NCBI GenBank assembly: GCA_951406725.2
Contig: OX597817.1
Coordinates: 172,918,001-172,982,000 of the forward strand
Source: Octopus vulgaris
Lineage: Eukaryota
DNA length: 64,000 bases
Reading direction: 5' to 3'
Part shown: positions 26,010-40,728 of the stretch, piece by piece
Position numbering within the stretch: the stretch's first letter is position 1
Layout of the letters: the number at the start of each line of letters is the position of its first letter
Made by a program: the position numbers and the translations under genes
Notes under the pieces: generated by a model
The model's input: only the letters and a program-made list of their open reading frames with translations
Database searches by the model: none
Told to the model about the DNA's origin: nothing

Positions 26010-27295
26010 CATCATCATCATCATTATCATCATCATCGTTTAACGTCCGCTTTCCATGCTGGCATGGGTTGGATGGTTTGTGTGAGGACTGACAAGCCAG
26101 ATGGCTGCACCAGGCTCCAATCTGATCTGGTAGAGTTTCTACAGATGGATGCCTTTCCTAATGTTAAACCAATCTGAGAGTGTAGTGGGTGCTTTTATGT
26201 GCCATTGGCACAGGGGCCAGTCAAGCAGTACTGGCAACAGCCACGCTCAAATGGTGTTTTTTACGTTCCACCTGTATGGGAGTCAGTCCAGCGGCACTAG
26301 CAACAACCTCACTTGAATGTTGTTTTCACGTGCCACCAGCACAAGTGCCAATATAGCAATGCTGGTAATGATTATGCTAGAATGGTGCTTTTTATGTGCC
26401 ACCAGCACAGGAACCAGTCAGCAGCCCTGGCAACAATCATGCTCAGATGGTGCTCTTAGCACTCCACTAGCACGGATGCCAGTCATGCAGTGCTGTCATC
26501 GAATTTGATTTCGATTTTACCTGTCTCAACAGGTCTTCGCAAGCAGAGTTTAGTGTTCAATGTAGGAAAGGTATGCATAAGTGGGCTGGTTACACCACTG
26601 GTTTGGGCTATGGGTTATGGTCTCACTTGGCTTGCCAGGTCTTCTCAAGCACAGCATATTTCCAAAGGTCTCGGTCACTAGTCATTGCCTCGGTGAGGCT
26701 TAATGTTCGAAGGTCTTGCTTCATACCTCTCATCCCATGTCTTCCTGGGTCTACCTCTTCCAGAGGTTTCCTCAACCACTAGGGTGTGGCACTTTTTCAC
26801 ACAGCTATCCTCATCCATTCTTGCCACATGACCATACCAGCACAGTCGTCTCTCTTGCATACCAGATCTGATGCTTCTTAGGTCCAACATTTCTCTCAAG
26901 GTACTTACACTCTGCCAAGTATGCACACTGACATTACACATCCAGCAGAGCATACTGGCTTCATTCCTTGCAAGCTTACGCATATCCTCAGCAGTGACGG
27001 CCCATGTTTCACTGCCATGTAGCATGGCAGTTTGTAAACATGTGTCATACAGTCTACCTTTTACTCTGAGTGAGAGGCCCTTTGTCACCAGCAGAGGTAG
27101 GAGCTCTCTGAACTTTGCCCAGGCTATTCTTATTCTAGCAGCTGCACTTTCAGAGCATCCACCCCTGCTACTGACTTGGTCACCTAGATAATGGAAGCTA
27201 TCAACTATTTGTAGTTTTTCTCCCTGGAATGTGGTGGAAGTTGGTCTCTGCACATTTCCTGAGCATCTGACATGCAGCAAAGTTTATTGTCCAGT
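26010..27295 (-). mobile_element. 5'-truncated RTE-type LINE (post-RT ORF end, repeat-containing 3'UTR, (GAT)n tail)
   Basis: ORF 26678-27280: VDSFHYLGD...WAKFRELLPLL...MLHGSETW...RRLCWYGHVARM...GRGRPRKTW. Confidence 0.92.
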
Positions 27296-27969
27296 GAATG
27301 AGGGGTACTCGGCTGATTACACCCACTGACATAGGCCACGGGCTGTGTGGTAAGAAGCTTGCTGCCCAACCACATGATTCCAGGTTTAGTCCCATGTGCG
27401 GCACCTTGGAAAAGTGTCTTCTTCTATAGCCTCGGACCAACCAAAGCCTTGTGGGTGGATTTGGTAGATGGAAACTAAAAGAAGCCCATCATGTGTGTCT
27501 GTGTGTGTGTGTTTGTCCCCCATCACCACTGGATAACCAGTATTGATGTGTTTAGGTCACCTACAACTTAACGGTTTGTCAAAAGAGACTGATGGAGTAA
27601 GTACCAGGCTTAAAAAAATAAAAGCTGATTCATTCAGCTAAAAATTCTTCAAGGTGGTACCTCAGCATGGCCGCAGTCTAATGATTGAAACATGTAAAAG
27701 ATAAAAACCACACACACACATATATGGATTGCTTATAGGTATGAGCAATTAGCATATTCTCGTTTGACTCTGCTACAGTGTATTGAGAATGAAAAGATGT
27801 ATTACTGTTTGGATTAGTGCTATCCTGTATGCATCTTGTAGTGGCACAAGCAGCCAGCGCCATGTTGGATGAGATCTCGTGGCAGCCATTGCCATCTCTG
27901 AGACTGGAGTGAGACCTCACCTGCATCCATTTGCCATGCGCGAGATCACGAGGCTTGTGATGGAAAACT

Positions 27970-28158
27970 CTATATAAAGGGAAAACCCGATTCAAATCTC
28001 TCCCTTTTTGGCGTCACTTTGCGAACAGCACCACTGGCTGGACACATCTGTAGGTTGTATCTCCAGAGGCAATGCACCCGCACTAACAGAACTACTACAC
28101 GACGCACAGAGCTAAAGATGGTAGCTGAGAGCAGCACACTGCACCTGTCCTGTGAATC
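27970..28158 (-). CDS. Candidate terminal coding exon (DSQDRCSVLL...FPFI* in phase 0; GFTGQVQCAALSYHL* in phase 1)
   Basis: Acceptor ggtttatttccag (28160-28159) in non-repetitive sequence, 54 nt downstream of the 16-nt microexon donor. Confidence 0.35.
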   Translation of the reverse strand, partial: DSQDRCSVLLSATIFSSVRRVVVLLVRVHCLWRYNLQMCPASGAVRKVTPKRERFESGFPFI

Positions 28159-28212
28159 CTGGAAATAAACCAGTTGTAAATAGCATTTGTACTTGAAGTT
28201 TTCTCTCTTCAC

Positions 28213-28228
28213 CTGCCGGAAGTCTGAA
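28213..28228 (-). CDS. Candidate 16-nt microexon TTCAGACTTCCGGCAG
   Basis: Acceptor catctttttgttctatatgtag and donor CAG|gtgaag. Confidence 0.45.
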
Positions 28229-29558
28229 CTACATATAGAACAAAAAGATGATGGAAGAAGATGATATTCTTCCGATATCGTAAACTTTGCCTTCCATTAT
28301 AATCTCATGAACTATTATCAGTTTAGAATGCATCAGCAAATAATTTGTTTTCTGATTTTTTCCCTATAAGCAAGAGCTTGTCTTCTGGTTAGATTCAATG
28401 ATCCAAGGAATAGATTTGACTGAAGAAACACAATAAAATGAAACACTGTCATATATATATGAATGGAGTAAACAGAGCAAGAGCACACATGAAGATGGAA
28501 AGTGTCACTGAGGAGGTCACAGGTGTGAAACAAAAGATTTCCGGACAATGGACATGAGTTAGGACAAGAACAATAATAAACAGGTGAAGAATGAATATAT
28601 AATGCATGTGTTTATTTAGAAAAAAAAATTACCATCATGAAATAGAACAAGATATATATATACACACACACACACACACATACACGAATAAATACACATA
28701 TACACAAACAGTAATTCGGAATGCCACATCTGTACAGTTATGAATAAGTGATCTTACATCAATGAATTGCACACATTATGAACCCACATTGTTTAAAGGA
28801 AATGATGATGATAAGGAATAGGAAATGATGATGTGAAACAACAGTGATGAGAGATTCAGGTTCAATTCTGCCAGAATGTATTGAAAATGAACAGATGTTA
28901 TTATCTGAATTCTTGCCATTCTTTGTGAACCCCATGAAATGTTTTAATTTACTTTGTTGTTAATTTAATATGATATTTAATAGGATTATCTCTTAAATAT
29001 TTTAAATTTCAATCAGCAATTAGCCTAAATTAAAAAGGAAATCCTGCAGTCCTGAAAAGTAGGGTATTCTGCTACTTATTACCCAATCTAGCAACACCTA
29101 AACTCATCTACCTTGTATGTTCTGCTCTAAAAAATTAGAACTTAGAAAAGAGAAATCTCATGTTTTAACACAACCAATTAACGAAGGATTTTCTGATCAT
29201 GATGAATCCTTTAAAGGGACTAAAGCACTGACCAAATAGTTTTTATCCAAATCCTATCTCTGTTTCCTTAATATATAAAATCTGTATACCACTTCAAACA
29301 ATCTATACACACACACACAAGCAATAATGTCCGTTGTACATGCTGGCACGGGTTGGACGGTTTGACCAGGCTGGTAAACTGGAAGACTACATGTGTAGGT
29401 GTGGCTGTGTGGTAAGAAGCTTGCTTCCTAACCACATGGTTCCGGGTTCAGTCCCATTGCATGGCACCTTGGACAAGTGGCTTCTGCGATAGTCTTGGGC
29501 CAACCAAAGCCTTGTGAATGGATTTGGTAGATGGAAACTGAAAGAAGCCAGTTATGTA

Positions 29559-29594
<36 letters not shown>

Positions 29595-29813
29595 TGTATG
29601 TGTATGTTTGTGTGTCTGTGCTTGTCCCCCCACCATCACTTGACAACTGATGTTGGTGTGTTTACGTCCCCATAACTTAGTGGTTCAGCGAGAGAGACTG
29701 ATGGAATAAGTACTAGGTTTACAAAGAATAATTCCTGGGGTTGATTTGTTCAACTAATGGCACCACCATTAGTTGAAATGAATAAAAGAATGTATTATAT
29801 ATGCATATATACT

Positions 29814-29845
<32 letters not shown>

Positions 29846-30094
29846 TATGTTTGTGTTTGTCCCTGCACTGCTCAACTGCAGAATTGGGTTGCTTACATCC
29901 CCCATAACTTAGCAGTTCAGCAAAAGAGACCAATAGAACAAGTACCAGAGTTAAAGACAAGAACTGGAGTTGATTTGATTGGCTAAACCCTGCACAGCTG
30001 CAGTCAAATGACTGCAACTAGTAAAAGATAAAAGATAAGCAATAACTTGGCTGAGATAAAACTAATTTGAAACTGGGGCATATTTCATGCTCAC

Positions 30095-30127
30095 AATGTC
30101 AATATGCTCTCATCTGATAGTGTACTT
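30095..30127 (-). CDS. Candidate 33-nt exon (phase 2-2, STLSDESILT)
   Basis: Acceptor ggctttacgtag with upstream UGC/UUG-rich tract, and donor TT|gtgagc. Open only in phase 2. Confidence 0.4.
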
Positions 30128-30532
30128 CTACGTAAAGCCAGATTGTTGTTCAGGCAACAACAACAGAAGCAAGTATAAGTTATTGAACATGTAATGCATA
30201 CTGATCGTATAACACAGGGAAAGTCTAATAACACTCATAATTATGCTAGACCATTGTTTTTTTTTTTATCCTTCTGTCCATCCTCATCATTATCATTGCT
30301 GAAGCCACTGGCATCAACATCAACATCATCATCATCATCATTATTATCATTTAATGCCTACTTTTCCAGGTTTGCAGAGATCGGACAATATTTGTTGAGG
30401 CAGTTTTACAATGCCTAGATATGATTTCGCACAGTGTTAGAAACGAACGACACTGCTTGTATGACAGTGACACTCATTTACAACTATCATACACTGTCAA
30501 GATAAGGACACACACACACTCACACAAATATT

Positions 30533-30570
<38 letters not shown>

Positions 30571-31779
30571 TATGTATATATATATATATATATATATTAT
30601 ATTTAATATCTATAGTGGTGGTATTACATATGGTGTGTATGAAGAGGCAGGCATAGCTGTGTGGTAATAAGCTTACTTCCCAAATATATGGTTCCAGGTT
30701 CAGTCTTACTGCACGCCACCTTGGGCAAGTGTCTTCTGCTATAGCCTCAAGCAAACCACAGAGCCTTGTGAGTGGATTTGGTAGACAGAAACCAAAAGAA
30801 GTCTGTCGTATATATATTTACATATATACGTTTGTGTGTGTGTGTGTGTTTGTGTGTGTAACATTGTGTCTGTTTGTTTCCAACCACTGCAAGGGGGTGC
30901 ACCAGCATGCCCACAGTCTAATGACTGAAAGGAGACCTAAATTGCTAAAAGCTGTAGTTAATTGTCCCTAATGACTACATGAAGCATAATAACGGAAATT
31001 CATAAACAGAAAGATATAGAGAAGAGTCAAACATGATTCCAACATTTCTCTTACAATCCAAATCTATTCAGACAGCATCAGATTGCAACAATACATTAAT
31101 ATATGCCATAAATTAGAGATGTACACACGAAGACTTGGTGGTGTGAGAGACAAACACTTCACACACAAACACATGCACACACATATAAGCATACACCCAC
31201 AGACATGCATACATATACACACATACATTCATATATATATATCAGAGAGTGTGTGTGTGTGCTGTGTTTGTCGTAAGTGTCATTTCTTTGTCCCATCCTC
31301 ATATTTATACACATGAAACATGCTATTCTGTTCTTGAATATCACATAATTTTTAGTTAAAAATCTTGCTTGCTGTCTTTTAAAAAAGGGACTTGCATCAA
31401 CTCATTTACATATGTACATACATGTATATGCATACATGTGTGCACACTCACACATGCACACACATAAATACACATACATGGACACAGAGACACATGGAAA
31501 TGTAGAACAGGAGCAGGTTTTTCTGACATTAAGTTAGGTTTAATTACACATGCAAAAAATATACATATATATATATATATGCACATACATACATACATAC
31601 ATACATATACATATATATATTGATAAAATATAAAAGGAGAAAGAATATCAAATAATACAATACATAATAAATCTATTTTATGGTAAGTATTGTTGGACAC
31701 CACATGGGAAGAAATTGCTGTTAGCGACAACCAGGAACGCATAAAGGAAGAGGAAATCAGAGGCAGAGAGAGAAAATAC

Positions 31780-31800
31780 TCAGTGGCTTTGCTCGCTAGC
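31780..31800 (-). CDS. Candidate 21-nt microexon (phase 2-2, LASKAT)
   Basis: Acceptor ggtctttctaag and a weaker donor GA|gtattt. Open only in phase 2. Confidence 0.4.
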   Translation of the reverse strand, partial: ASEQSH

Positions 31801-33689
31801 CTTAGAAAGACCAGTTCAATAAACTGCTAAGTTTTATGAGGGAGAGGAGAGCATGGAGGTCTATAACAGCAGACACTTGTAAGCTTGAGAGAGAGAGAGA
31901 GAGAGAAGCATTATAGAGTCAGTGAAATCTATAGAAGAACATTTTTGTGCAGTGGACAGAATTTTTGAGTTTCACATACATTGATGTATAGTCCCAAGTC
32001 AGCTCTGATTGAGCAGACTTGTGATCAATGGCATTCCAGCAGTGACCAACCTGACTTTTTGAGGGTATGTAGGACAACATTATCTAATGTGTCCATTCTT
32101 TATTTAAGATGGTAGGGTGTGATTTGAGGGAGATTTGACTGCTATTTCTAGCAAGTCAAATGACCACAGAGAGGTTCATCCTAATTGGGTTCAGTTATAT
32201 ATGTATGTGTGCATGAATTAGTGTGTGTGTGTGAAGAGGGGGCCTGTATATTCTTCTCATCAAAGAGTTAACCTACCACAATAAAATAAAAAAAAAAAGG
32301 GCAGGTTTCACTCCAGATTATGGTTGAATTGTTAGAAATAGGGAATTCAACCGTAAAGACAATTGCTCTGACTGATAAATATTCTGCTTCTACGCATCCA
32401 TTGAAAAGCAAAGTTGACCACAGTGAAAAACCATTAAAACTGTTAATATTGGTTTCGAATTTTGGCACAAAGCCAGCAAGCTTGGGGGAGGGCGTAAGAT
32501 GATTACATCAACCCCAGTACTCAGCTAATGCTTATTTTATTGACCCCGAAAGGATGCAAAGCAAAGTCAACCATGGCAGAATTTGAACTCATAACATGAA
32601 GACAGACGAAATGCTGCTAAGCATTTTACCTGGCCTGCTAACGATTCTACCAGCCTTACATTCTGAGTACAAATTCCACCAAGGTGAGCTATGCTTTTGT
32701 CCTTTTCGGGTGGATAAGAGAAGTACCTTTTGAGTACTGGGGTCAATGTAATTGACTTATATCCCCTCCCCCAAAAGTTACTGGCCTTGTGCTAAAATTT
32801 GAAATCACTATCAATGCACGAAAATGAAAAATCTAGCTTCCTGGAAGATATTGCAAAACTTCATATTTTCTTAAAATAAGTTTTCCTCACTAAAATATTT
32901 CCTTCCTTTTGGTACTCATTATGCATTCTTCTATTTTTTATGGAGGTAGCATTGTTTATGGGGAAGATTGGAAATAAATGGTACCACTTCTATTCACTTA
33001 GAATTATTATACAATGGCAAGGAAGCAGAGAGACAGACAGAGAAAGAAAGACACACACACACACACACACATATGATTGGTTTCTTTCAGTTTTCACCTA
33101 CCAAATCCACTCACAAGGCTTTGGTCAACCCAGGGCTCTAATAGAAGACACTTACCCAAGGTGCTTTAGATTGTCATCTTAGAGACCCTTATATGTTAAA
33201 TATGTTATACATCTATCTTTGTTCATCACTGATTCATATCCTCAACTGCAAACCAAGTAAATTTATTATGTTTATCAAAACTTGATCTGTGATAACACAG
33301 GTTAGCAATCAGTCAAAAATTCTGCTTAGACTACAAAAACACACCCAGTGACTACCCACAATGCTCACCTACCCAGAATGCATTAATTATCACTTGTGCT
33401 TACATCACCATGCTGTGAAGTTGCTAATTTTTTTTATATGGATTTACATACATGTACCCATCAACATACTACCCCACCCCACACCGTCATCACCATCATT
33501 TAATGTCCTTTTTCCGTGCTGGCATGGGTTGGATGGCTTGATAGGAACTGGCAAGATCAGAGGCCACACCAGGATCCATAGACTGTTTTGACTTGGTTTC
33601 TATGGCTAGATGCTCTTCCTAATGCCAACCAGGAGCTTTTTATGTGGAACCTAGCTTTTAGGATCTCACTTCTGTTGTGGTGGTAGTGG

Positions 33690-36060
33690 TGGTGGTGGTG
33701 GGGGTCTCAGAAAAAATAATGTTACCTGATTCTAATTACACACAAATGAGTGTATTCTCTACAGGAAAAGGTAGAGATGATCATGAAAATACATCCACAG
33801 TTGTGGGCCATGAGTTTGGTACCACTGAACCTACCATATGTTCCATTTACAAAGTGCATGAAAATTTCATGAAGGCATTCATGAATACCATCCTCAGATC
33901 AGTGAATCAAATCATTAGAGAGCATAAAGAGGATTTGATTCGGTCCATTCCAAAAGAGGGGCATATGTCGATGCAGGACTGTTACAGGAAACGGCTTCCT
34001 CTGCCAACAAAATGGATCTAGAATTGTGCCAAGAAACAGGTAAGAGTTTGGACAAGCATACTCATTCTTGTTGACAAGGACAGATATATTTTTCAAGGTA
34101 GCCCAGCAAAGTGGTAACTGCTGATGCTGCTGTTATTGTTGTTAAGCAACAAGATGGGTAAGGGTTATTAGGTGATGGTCTAGGACTTAGGGGCGGGGGA
34201 CCCCAGACCTTGGAAAAAGAAAAAAATTTGGTTGTCTTGTTGTAGTCAAGGGCTCTTCGTTGACGCCCGACACCACTGGAAGGTGGCCCTCGAAGTCGCT
34301 GGAAATGGAGATCTCCAGGTCCAAATTCTTGAATGGCTGCTGATACTGCTGTGCATTTTTCTGAGGAATTTTTTGAAGTGATGGATGAGGGTGAATATTT
34401 GCCAGTCCAAGTTTTTAATGCAAATAAAACAAACCTTTACTTGAAAAAACTGCTTGCAAAAAAGTTACATAGCTGAAGAGGAAGCCTGAAAGTGACTAAA
34501 TGCCTGATAACTACAGTTCTGTGATAACAGCACTGAAAATTATAAAGCTGAACCACTGTTTATAGAACATTCTGTCTGACCTCTTCCTTTCAAGATCATT
34601 AGCATGATAACTCTCCCTGTGCACTGGTGTTTTAACCAAAAACAGGGTGGATGACTAATGTGAAATATGAAGAGTGGTTTATGACCCACTTCCATGCTGA
34701 ATTGAAAACAACTGTGCCAGGAAAAATATTTTTTTAATGGAATTTTTGCTTTAGATAGCTGTTCTGACTATCCTATAAACTTAATTCACAGTGGTTTGTC
34801 TAGTACCTAACACCATTTCATTGTTATAGTTCTTAAACCAGGAGATGACGGTTACCTTTAAGCTTCTCAAACTTATCTTTGGGGCTATACACAAGGCACT
34901 GGTGGACAATAAGGAACTAACTGTATAGCAATATTGGAAATGACTAAGGTGGTGAGCTGGCCAAATTATTAGCAGGCTAGGCAAAATACTTTGTGGTCTT
35001 TTGTACGGCCTTACATTCTGAGTTTAAATCTGCAGTGACTGATTTTGCCTTTCGTGGTTGATAAAAAAAGTACTAGTTGAATTCTGGAGGTCAATCATAT
35101 CAATTTACCCCAACCCCTGAAATGGCTGGCGTTGTGCCAAAATTTGAAATCCATATTGGAAATGACTATGTTCTTTAAAATATTCACTTCATTGGCAAAA
35201 GCCCAGCATGTTGTAAACCATGTTTGTCTTTTGAATGGATGGCACAAGTTATTGCCTGACACAGCTCCACCACTTCACTGGTTTTAGAAAGGGTAACATG
35301 ATTTTAGTCCTGAACAGAGCAAGAGTATTAACCATTAGTTGTAGATGGTTTTTCAAAAGTTGCACCAAAATTACATCAGACATGGTGGAAGTTCCTGAGC
35401 GAAAATCAAATGACACAGAGATCTTGAAATTAGTCAACAAGGAACAAAATGACATGGGTATAGAAAACAATGCTGATGATCGTGCAGTGGCTAGTAAAAC
35501 ATAAACACATCAAATCTAAAAAGAAATAAGGTCCCACTATAAGCAGTTGACTGATCTCATACATGACACAGGCCCAAGTTTTGGAAGAAAATAATCTGTG
35601 ATTACTATTTTAGATAAGGAGCACTCTGTCGGTTATGACAACAAGGGTCCCAGCTGATACGATCAATGGAACAGTTTGCTCATGAAATTAATGTGCAAGT
35701 GACTGAGGAATCCACAGACACATGAACCCCTAACGTAGTTCTCAAGGAGATTCAGCGTGACACAAAGTGTGACAAGGCTGGCCCTTTGAAATGCAGGTAC
35801 AACTCATTTTTGCCAGCTGAGTGGACTGGAGTAACATGAAATAAAGTGTCTTGCTCAAGGTCACAACATGTCGCCAGGAATCGAACTCACGACCTTACAA
35901 TCGTGAGCTGAATGCCCTAACCACTAAGCCACGCGCCTTCACTATTTTAGATAATGGTATTGCATCCTACAAAGAAACTTATATGGAACGACGAGAATCT
36001 GGTAAGAAGTCAATGGCAACAACTTTCTTCAAGAGTTTTTCTGTATCTACTGCCCCAGTT
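33690..36060 (+). mobile_element. Decayed pogo/Tigger-family transposase fossil with SINE and other insertions
   Basis: HTH-like VGHEFGTTEPTICSIYK, QVFNANKTNLYLKKL (QVFNxDETxLxWKK motif) at about 34408-34452, and LPVHW...GWMT at about 34612-34656. Confidence 0.7.
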
Positions 36061-36404
36061 TAAGGACTATCTCCAGCACCCTCACCTGCACTGCAGTGAG
36101 TAGAACCAGTGTTGAGCTCTCCGGGGTCATCACTACTATCATTTCCTTTGTTCTTAATCTAAACCTCACACACACATTAAGATAATAACAAAGACCCTTC
36201 TTTTCCTGGTACACATCTGACTGTACAAGTCTCCCTCTCTTTCCTCTCTCTTTCTTTCTCTATTACCAAATAAATAACATTCCACTGGAACTCCTCTGCT
36301 ATGTACATCCTGCAGCAATGAGAATTTCCTAAACTCGTATAATTATTCACATCCTAGTATAAGAGAGAGATTTACTTTACACTAACTCACAGATAAAAAA
36401 CAAT

Positions 36405-36584
36405 TAACATAGTTCTATATCTAAGAGATGAGGAATTATTTACATTATTTACATTATTTACATTTGACGGATATTTGTCCTCATCTTGTTTGTTGTTAAC
36501 ACAACATTTCGGCCGATATACCCTCCAGCCTTCATCAGGTGTTTTGGGGAAATTTCGAACCTGGGTTCTCATTCCTAAGGTATT

Positions 36585-36622
<38 letters not shown>

Positions 36623-36722
36623 ATTATTATTATTATTATTCAAGTCACTGCCTGGAATTGAACTCGGAATCTTGGGGTTAGGAGCCCGCACTTCTAACCC
36701 ACAGACATGTGGCGTAGTGGGT
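36405..36722 (-). mobile_element. tRNA(Arg)-like-headed SINE-like element carrying a type I hammerhead (36498-36543)
   Basis: Head with anticodon-like loop CT-CCT-AA and B box GAGTTCAATTCC, then an (AAT)n(AAC)n linker. Ribozyme part reads AACAC-CUGAUGA-A-GGCUGG..UCGGCC-GAAA-UG-UU-GUGUU. Confidence 0.75.
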
Positions 36723-37920
36723 TACATCAAATGTAAATAAAGCCAATTAACGTAGGCGTTGCGTAGTTAAGAAGTTTCCTTTTGAACCTTGAGATTTTGG
36801 GCAAGTGTCTTCTACTATAATTCTGGGTTGATCAAAGCTTTGTGAGTGAATTTGGGTGCCAGAAACTGAAAGAAGCTCATTGTGTGTGTGTGTGTGAGTG
36901 TGTGTGTGTGTTTGTCTGTCTCCCCCAAAAACTGCTTGATGACTGGTGTTGGTGTGTTTACATCCCTGTAACTTAGTGGTTCAGCAACTAATAAGTTTGT
37001 ACTGGAATCGATTTGTTCAAGTAAACCCTTCAAGACTGAAAAAAAATAACGGGTAAAAGAAGAAAAAAAAATAGACATCCACAACTCAACATAGATATAA
37101 GTACCACCAAATATCTAAATGATTCTTAGATGTTGATAAAGCATGATGGTAATACTTTTTTACTATTTTAAAAGAACAGAGAATTCCAAAAGTGATTCAA
37201 AGGTTGAGAGCTTTGTGCCTGGCGTTTATTCAACTAAACTCCCAGCCCTTGTGTCACCTTTGGAACTTCTTGCTGATTAAAAATAATTAAAAAAAAGTAT
37301 ATATATACTATATACAGAGTTTTGGCTCTTGTTCTATCTATCTGTCTGTCTATCGATATACATACATACATACAAACATACATACATACTTACAAACATA
37401 CATACATACATAAAATAACGATGGTGGCTATGATAAAAAAAAGAAAAAATTCAATCATCACTAATTGGCACAGGAGTGGCTGTGTGGTAAGTAGCTTGCT
37501 TACGAACCACATGGTCCCGGGTTCAGTCTCACTGCATGCCACCTAGGGCAAGTGTCTTCTACTATAGCCTTGGGCCGACCAATGCCTTGTGAGTGGATTT
37601 GGTAGACAGAAACTGAAAGAAGTCTGTCATATGTATATGTATATATATATGCGTGTGTGTGTTTGTGTGTCTGTGTTTATCCCCCTAGCATTGCTTGACA
37701 ACCGATGCTGGTGTGTTTACGCCTCCTTACAAAGAATAAGTCCCGGGGTTGATTTGGTCGACTAAAGGTGGTGCTCCAGCATGGCCGCAGTCAAATGACT
37801 GAAACAAGTAAAAGAGTAAAAGAGTAAATTGTGACTGAGCGTGCAGGGTAGCACCTTCTCTTATTTCTAGCTGTGTAGAATTAGTTACAATTGGATTATA
37901 TGTGTGTGTGTATATATATG

Positions 37921-39197
<1,277 letters not shown>

Positions 39198-39203
<6 letters not shown>

Positions 39204-39430
39204 CTACAGAGGGACCTAGTATATACATGCGAGGTAAGATCAGGCCCTGACGATAAAAGAAAATCCTACATAGGAATGACGTCAAACAGCTTTAAGACCC
39301 GTTGGTACGCACACACACACTCGTTCCGGCGACAAGATAAATCCAACCAAACTACCCTCGCCGCCCACATCTGGTACCTTAAAAGGAACTCCATCCCCTT
39401 CAAGACCAAGTGGAAATTACTACCATTTAC
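39198..39430 (+). mobile_element. Penelope-like GIY-YIG endonuclease fragment
   Basis: CLQRDLVYTCEV...KSYIGMTSNSFKTRWYAHTHSF...TTLAAHIWYLK...KWKLL, with an open frame. Confidence 0.85.
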
Positions 39431-39664
39431 TCACATCTTATGATCACTCTATTATCATGTCATCAAATTACTTTTAAAACAAACTTTTAATTTTCTTATG
39501 TTTTGATAGACAGTCTCTTGAACAATACTCTGTGCAAAATCAAAAGTATGGCACCCTAGTTATAATACTGACTTGAACTTTTAACTGGTTTTCTCTTGAG
39601 GTCTCTGGGTGAGAGACTTGGAGTCAACTTCTACAAATACAGAGCAAAAGCCAAGCAAAAATGA

Positions 39665-40720
39665 TAATAATGATAATCCTTTCTACTATAGGCACAAGGC
39701 CTGAAATTTTTGGGGAGGGGTTAAGTGGATTACATCAACGCCAGTGTTTCACTGGTACTTAATTTATCAAACCCTGAAAGGATAAAAAGAGAAGTCGACC
39801 TTGGCAGAATTTGAACTCAAGACATAAAGACAGGAATTTAAGAGGAGGAGATTATTTGACACTATTGACCCTTGATTTACAAAAAGCAAAGTTGACCTTG
39901 GCAGGATTTGAACTCTGAATGTAAAGAGTTTTTTATAATATGGAAGCAATTCACTCAGCTTGCAATAACAATTCCTAACAATTCTGCCAGCTCGCCGCCT
40001 CATAATAATTTTTGGTGGAAGGCCAGCAATATCAGGGGAGGAGTAAGTCAATTACATCGACCCCAGTATTCAACAGGTACTTATTTTTATTGACCTTGAA
40101 AGGATGAAAGGCAAAGTCAGTCTTGGCAGAATTTGAACTCGGAACATAAAGGCAGACAAAATTCTGCTAAGCATTTTGCCCAGTGTGCTAATGATTCTGC
40201 TAGCTCACCACCTTGATGATGATGATGATAATAGTAATCTTTTCTACTCTAGGCACGAGGCCCAAAATTTTTTGGGAGGGGGCCAGTTGATTAGATCGAT
40301 CTCAGTACGCAACTAGTACTTAATTCATCGACCCCAAAAGGATGAAAGGCAAAATCAACACCAGCGGAATTTGAACTCTGAATGTAAAGACAGCATTTCA
40401 CCCGTGAAGACACTTGCCCAAGATCTCAAGGTTCAAAAGGAAACTTCTTAACTACACAGCACCTATGTTAATTGGCTTCATTTACATTTGATGGATATTT
40501 GTCCTCATCTTGTTTGTTGTTATTTTGTTGGGTAGGGTGCTTGGTGTCTAGTCAATTACATTGACCCCAGTGCTTGACTGGTACTTATTTCATCAACCCT
40601 GAAAGGATGAAAGGCAAAATCAACTGAGCAGGATTTGAACTTAGAATGTAAAGAACCGGAAGAGGTGCTGCTAAGCCTTTTGTCTGATATGCAAACAATT
40701 CAGACAGCTTGCAACAACAA
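39665..40720 (-). mobile_element. Cluster of about five tandem or truncated SINE copies with a Nin/Deu-like central domain
   Basis: Repeated ggtacttatttt..gaccc.gaaaggatgaaaggcaaagtcgacc..ggcagaatttgaactc, the same family as 61188-61409. Confidence 0.8.
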
Positions 40721-40728
40721 CAGCAATA

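Noticed and set aside
27845-27959. Possible SECIS element or stop-codon readthrough signal
   Set aside because: No AUGA/GA quartet with apical AA, and in-frame readthrough of the TAG hits TGA after seven codons.
34465-34505. CUGAAGA...GAAA-GUGAC-UA hammerhead-like string
   Set aside because: It lies within Tigger transposase coding remnant, and stems I and II are too weak. Likely chance.
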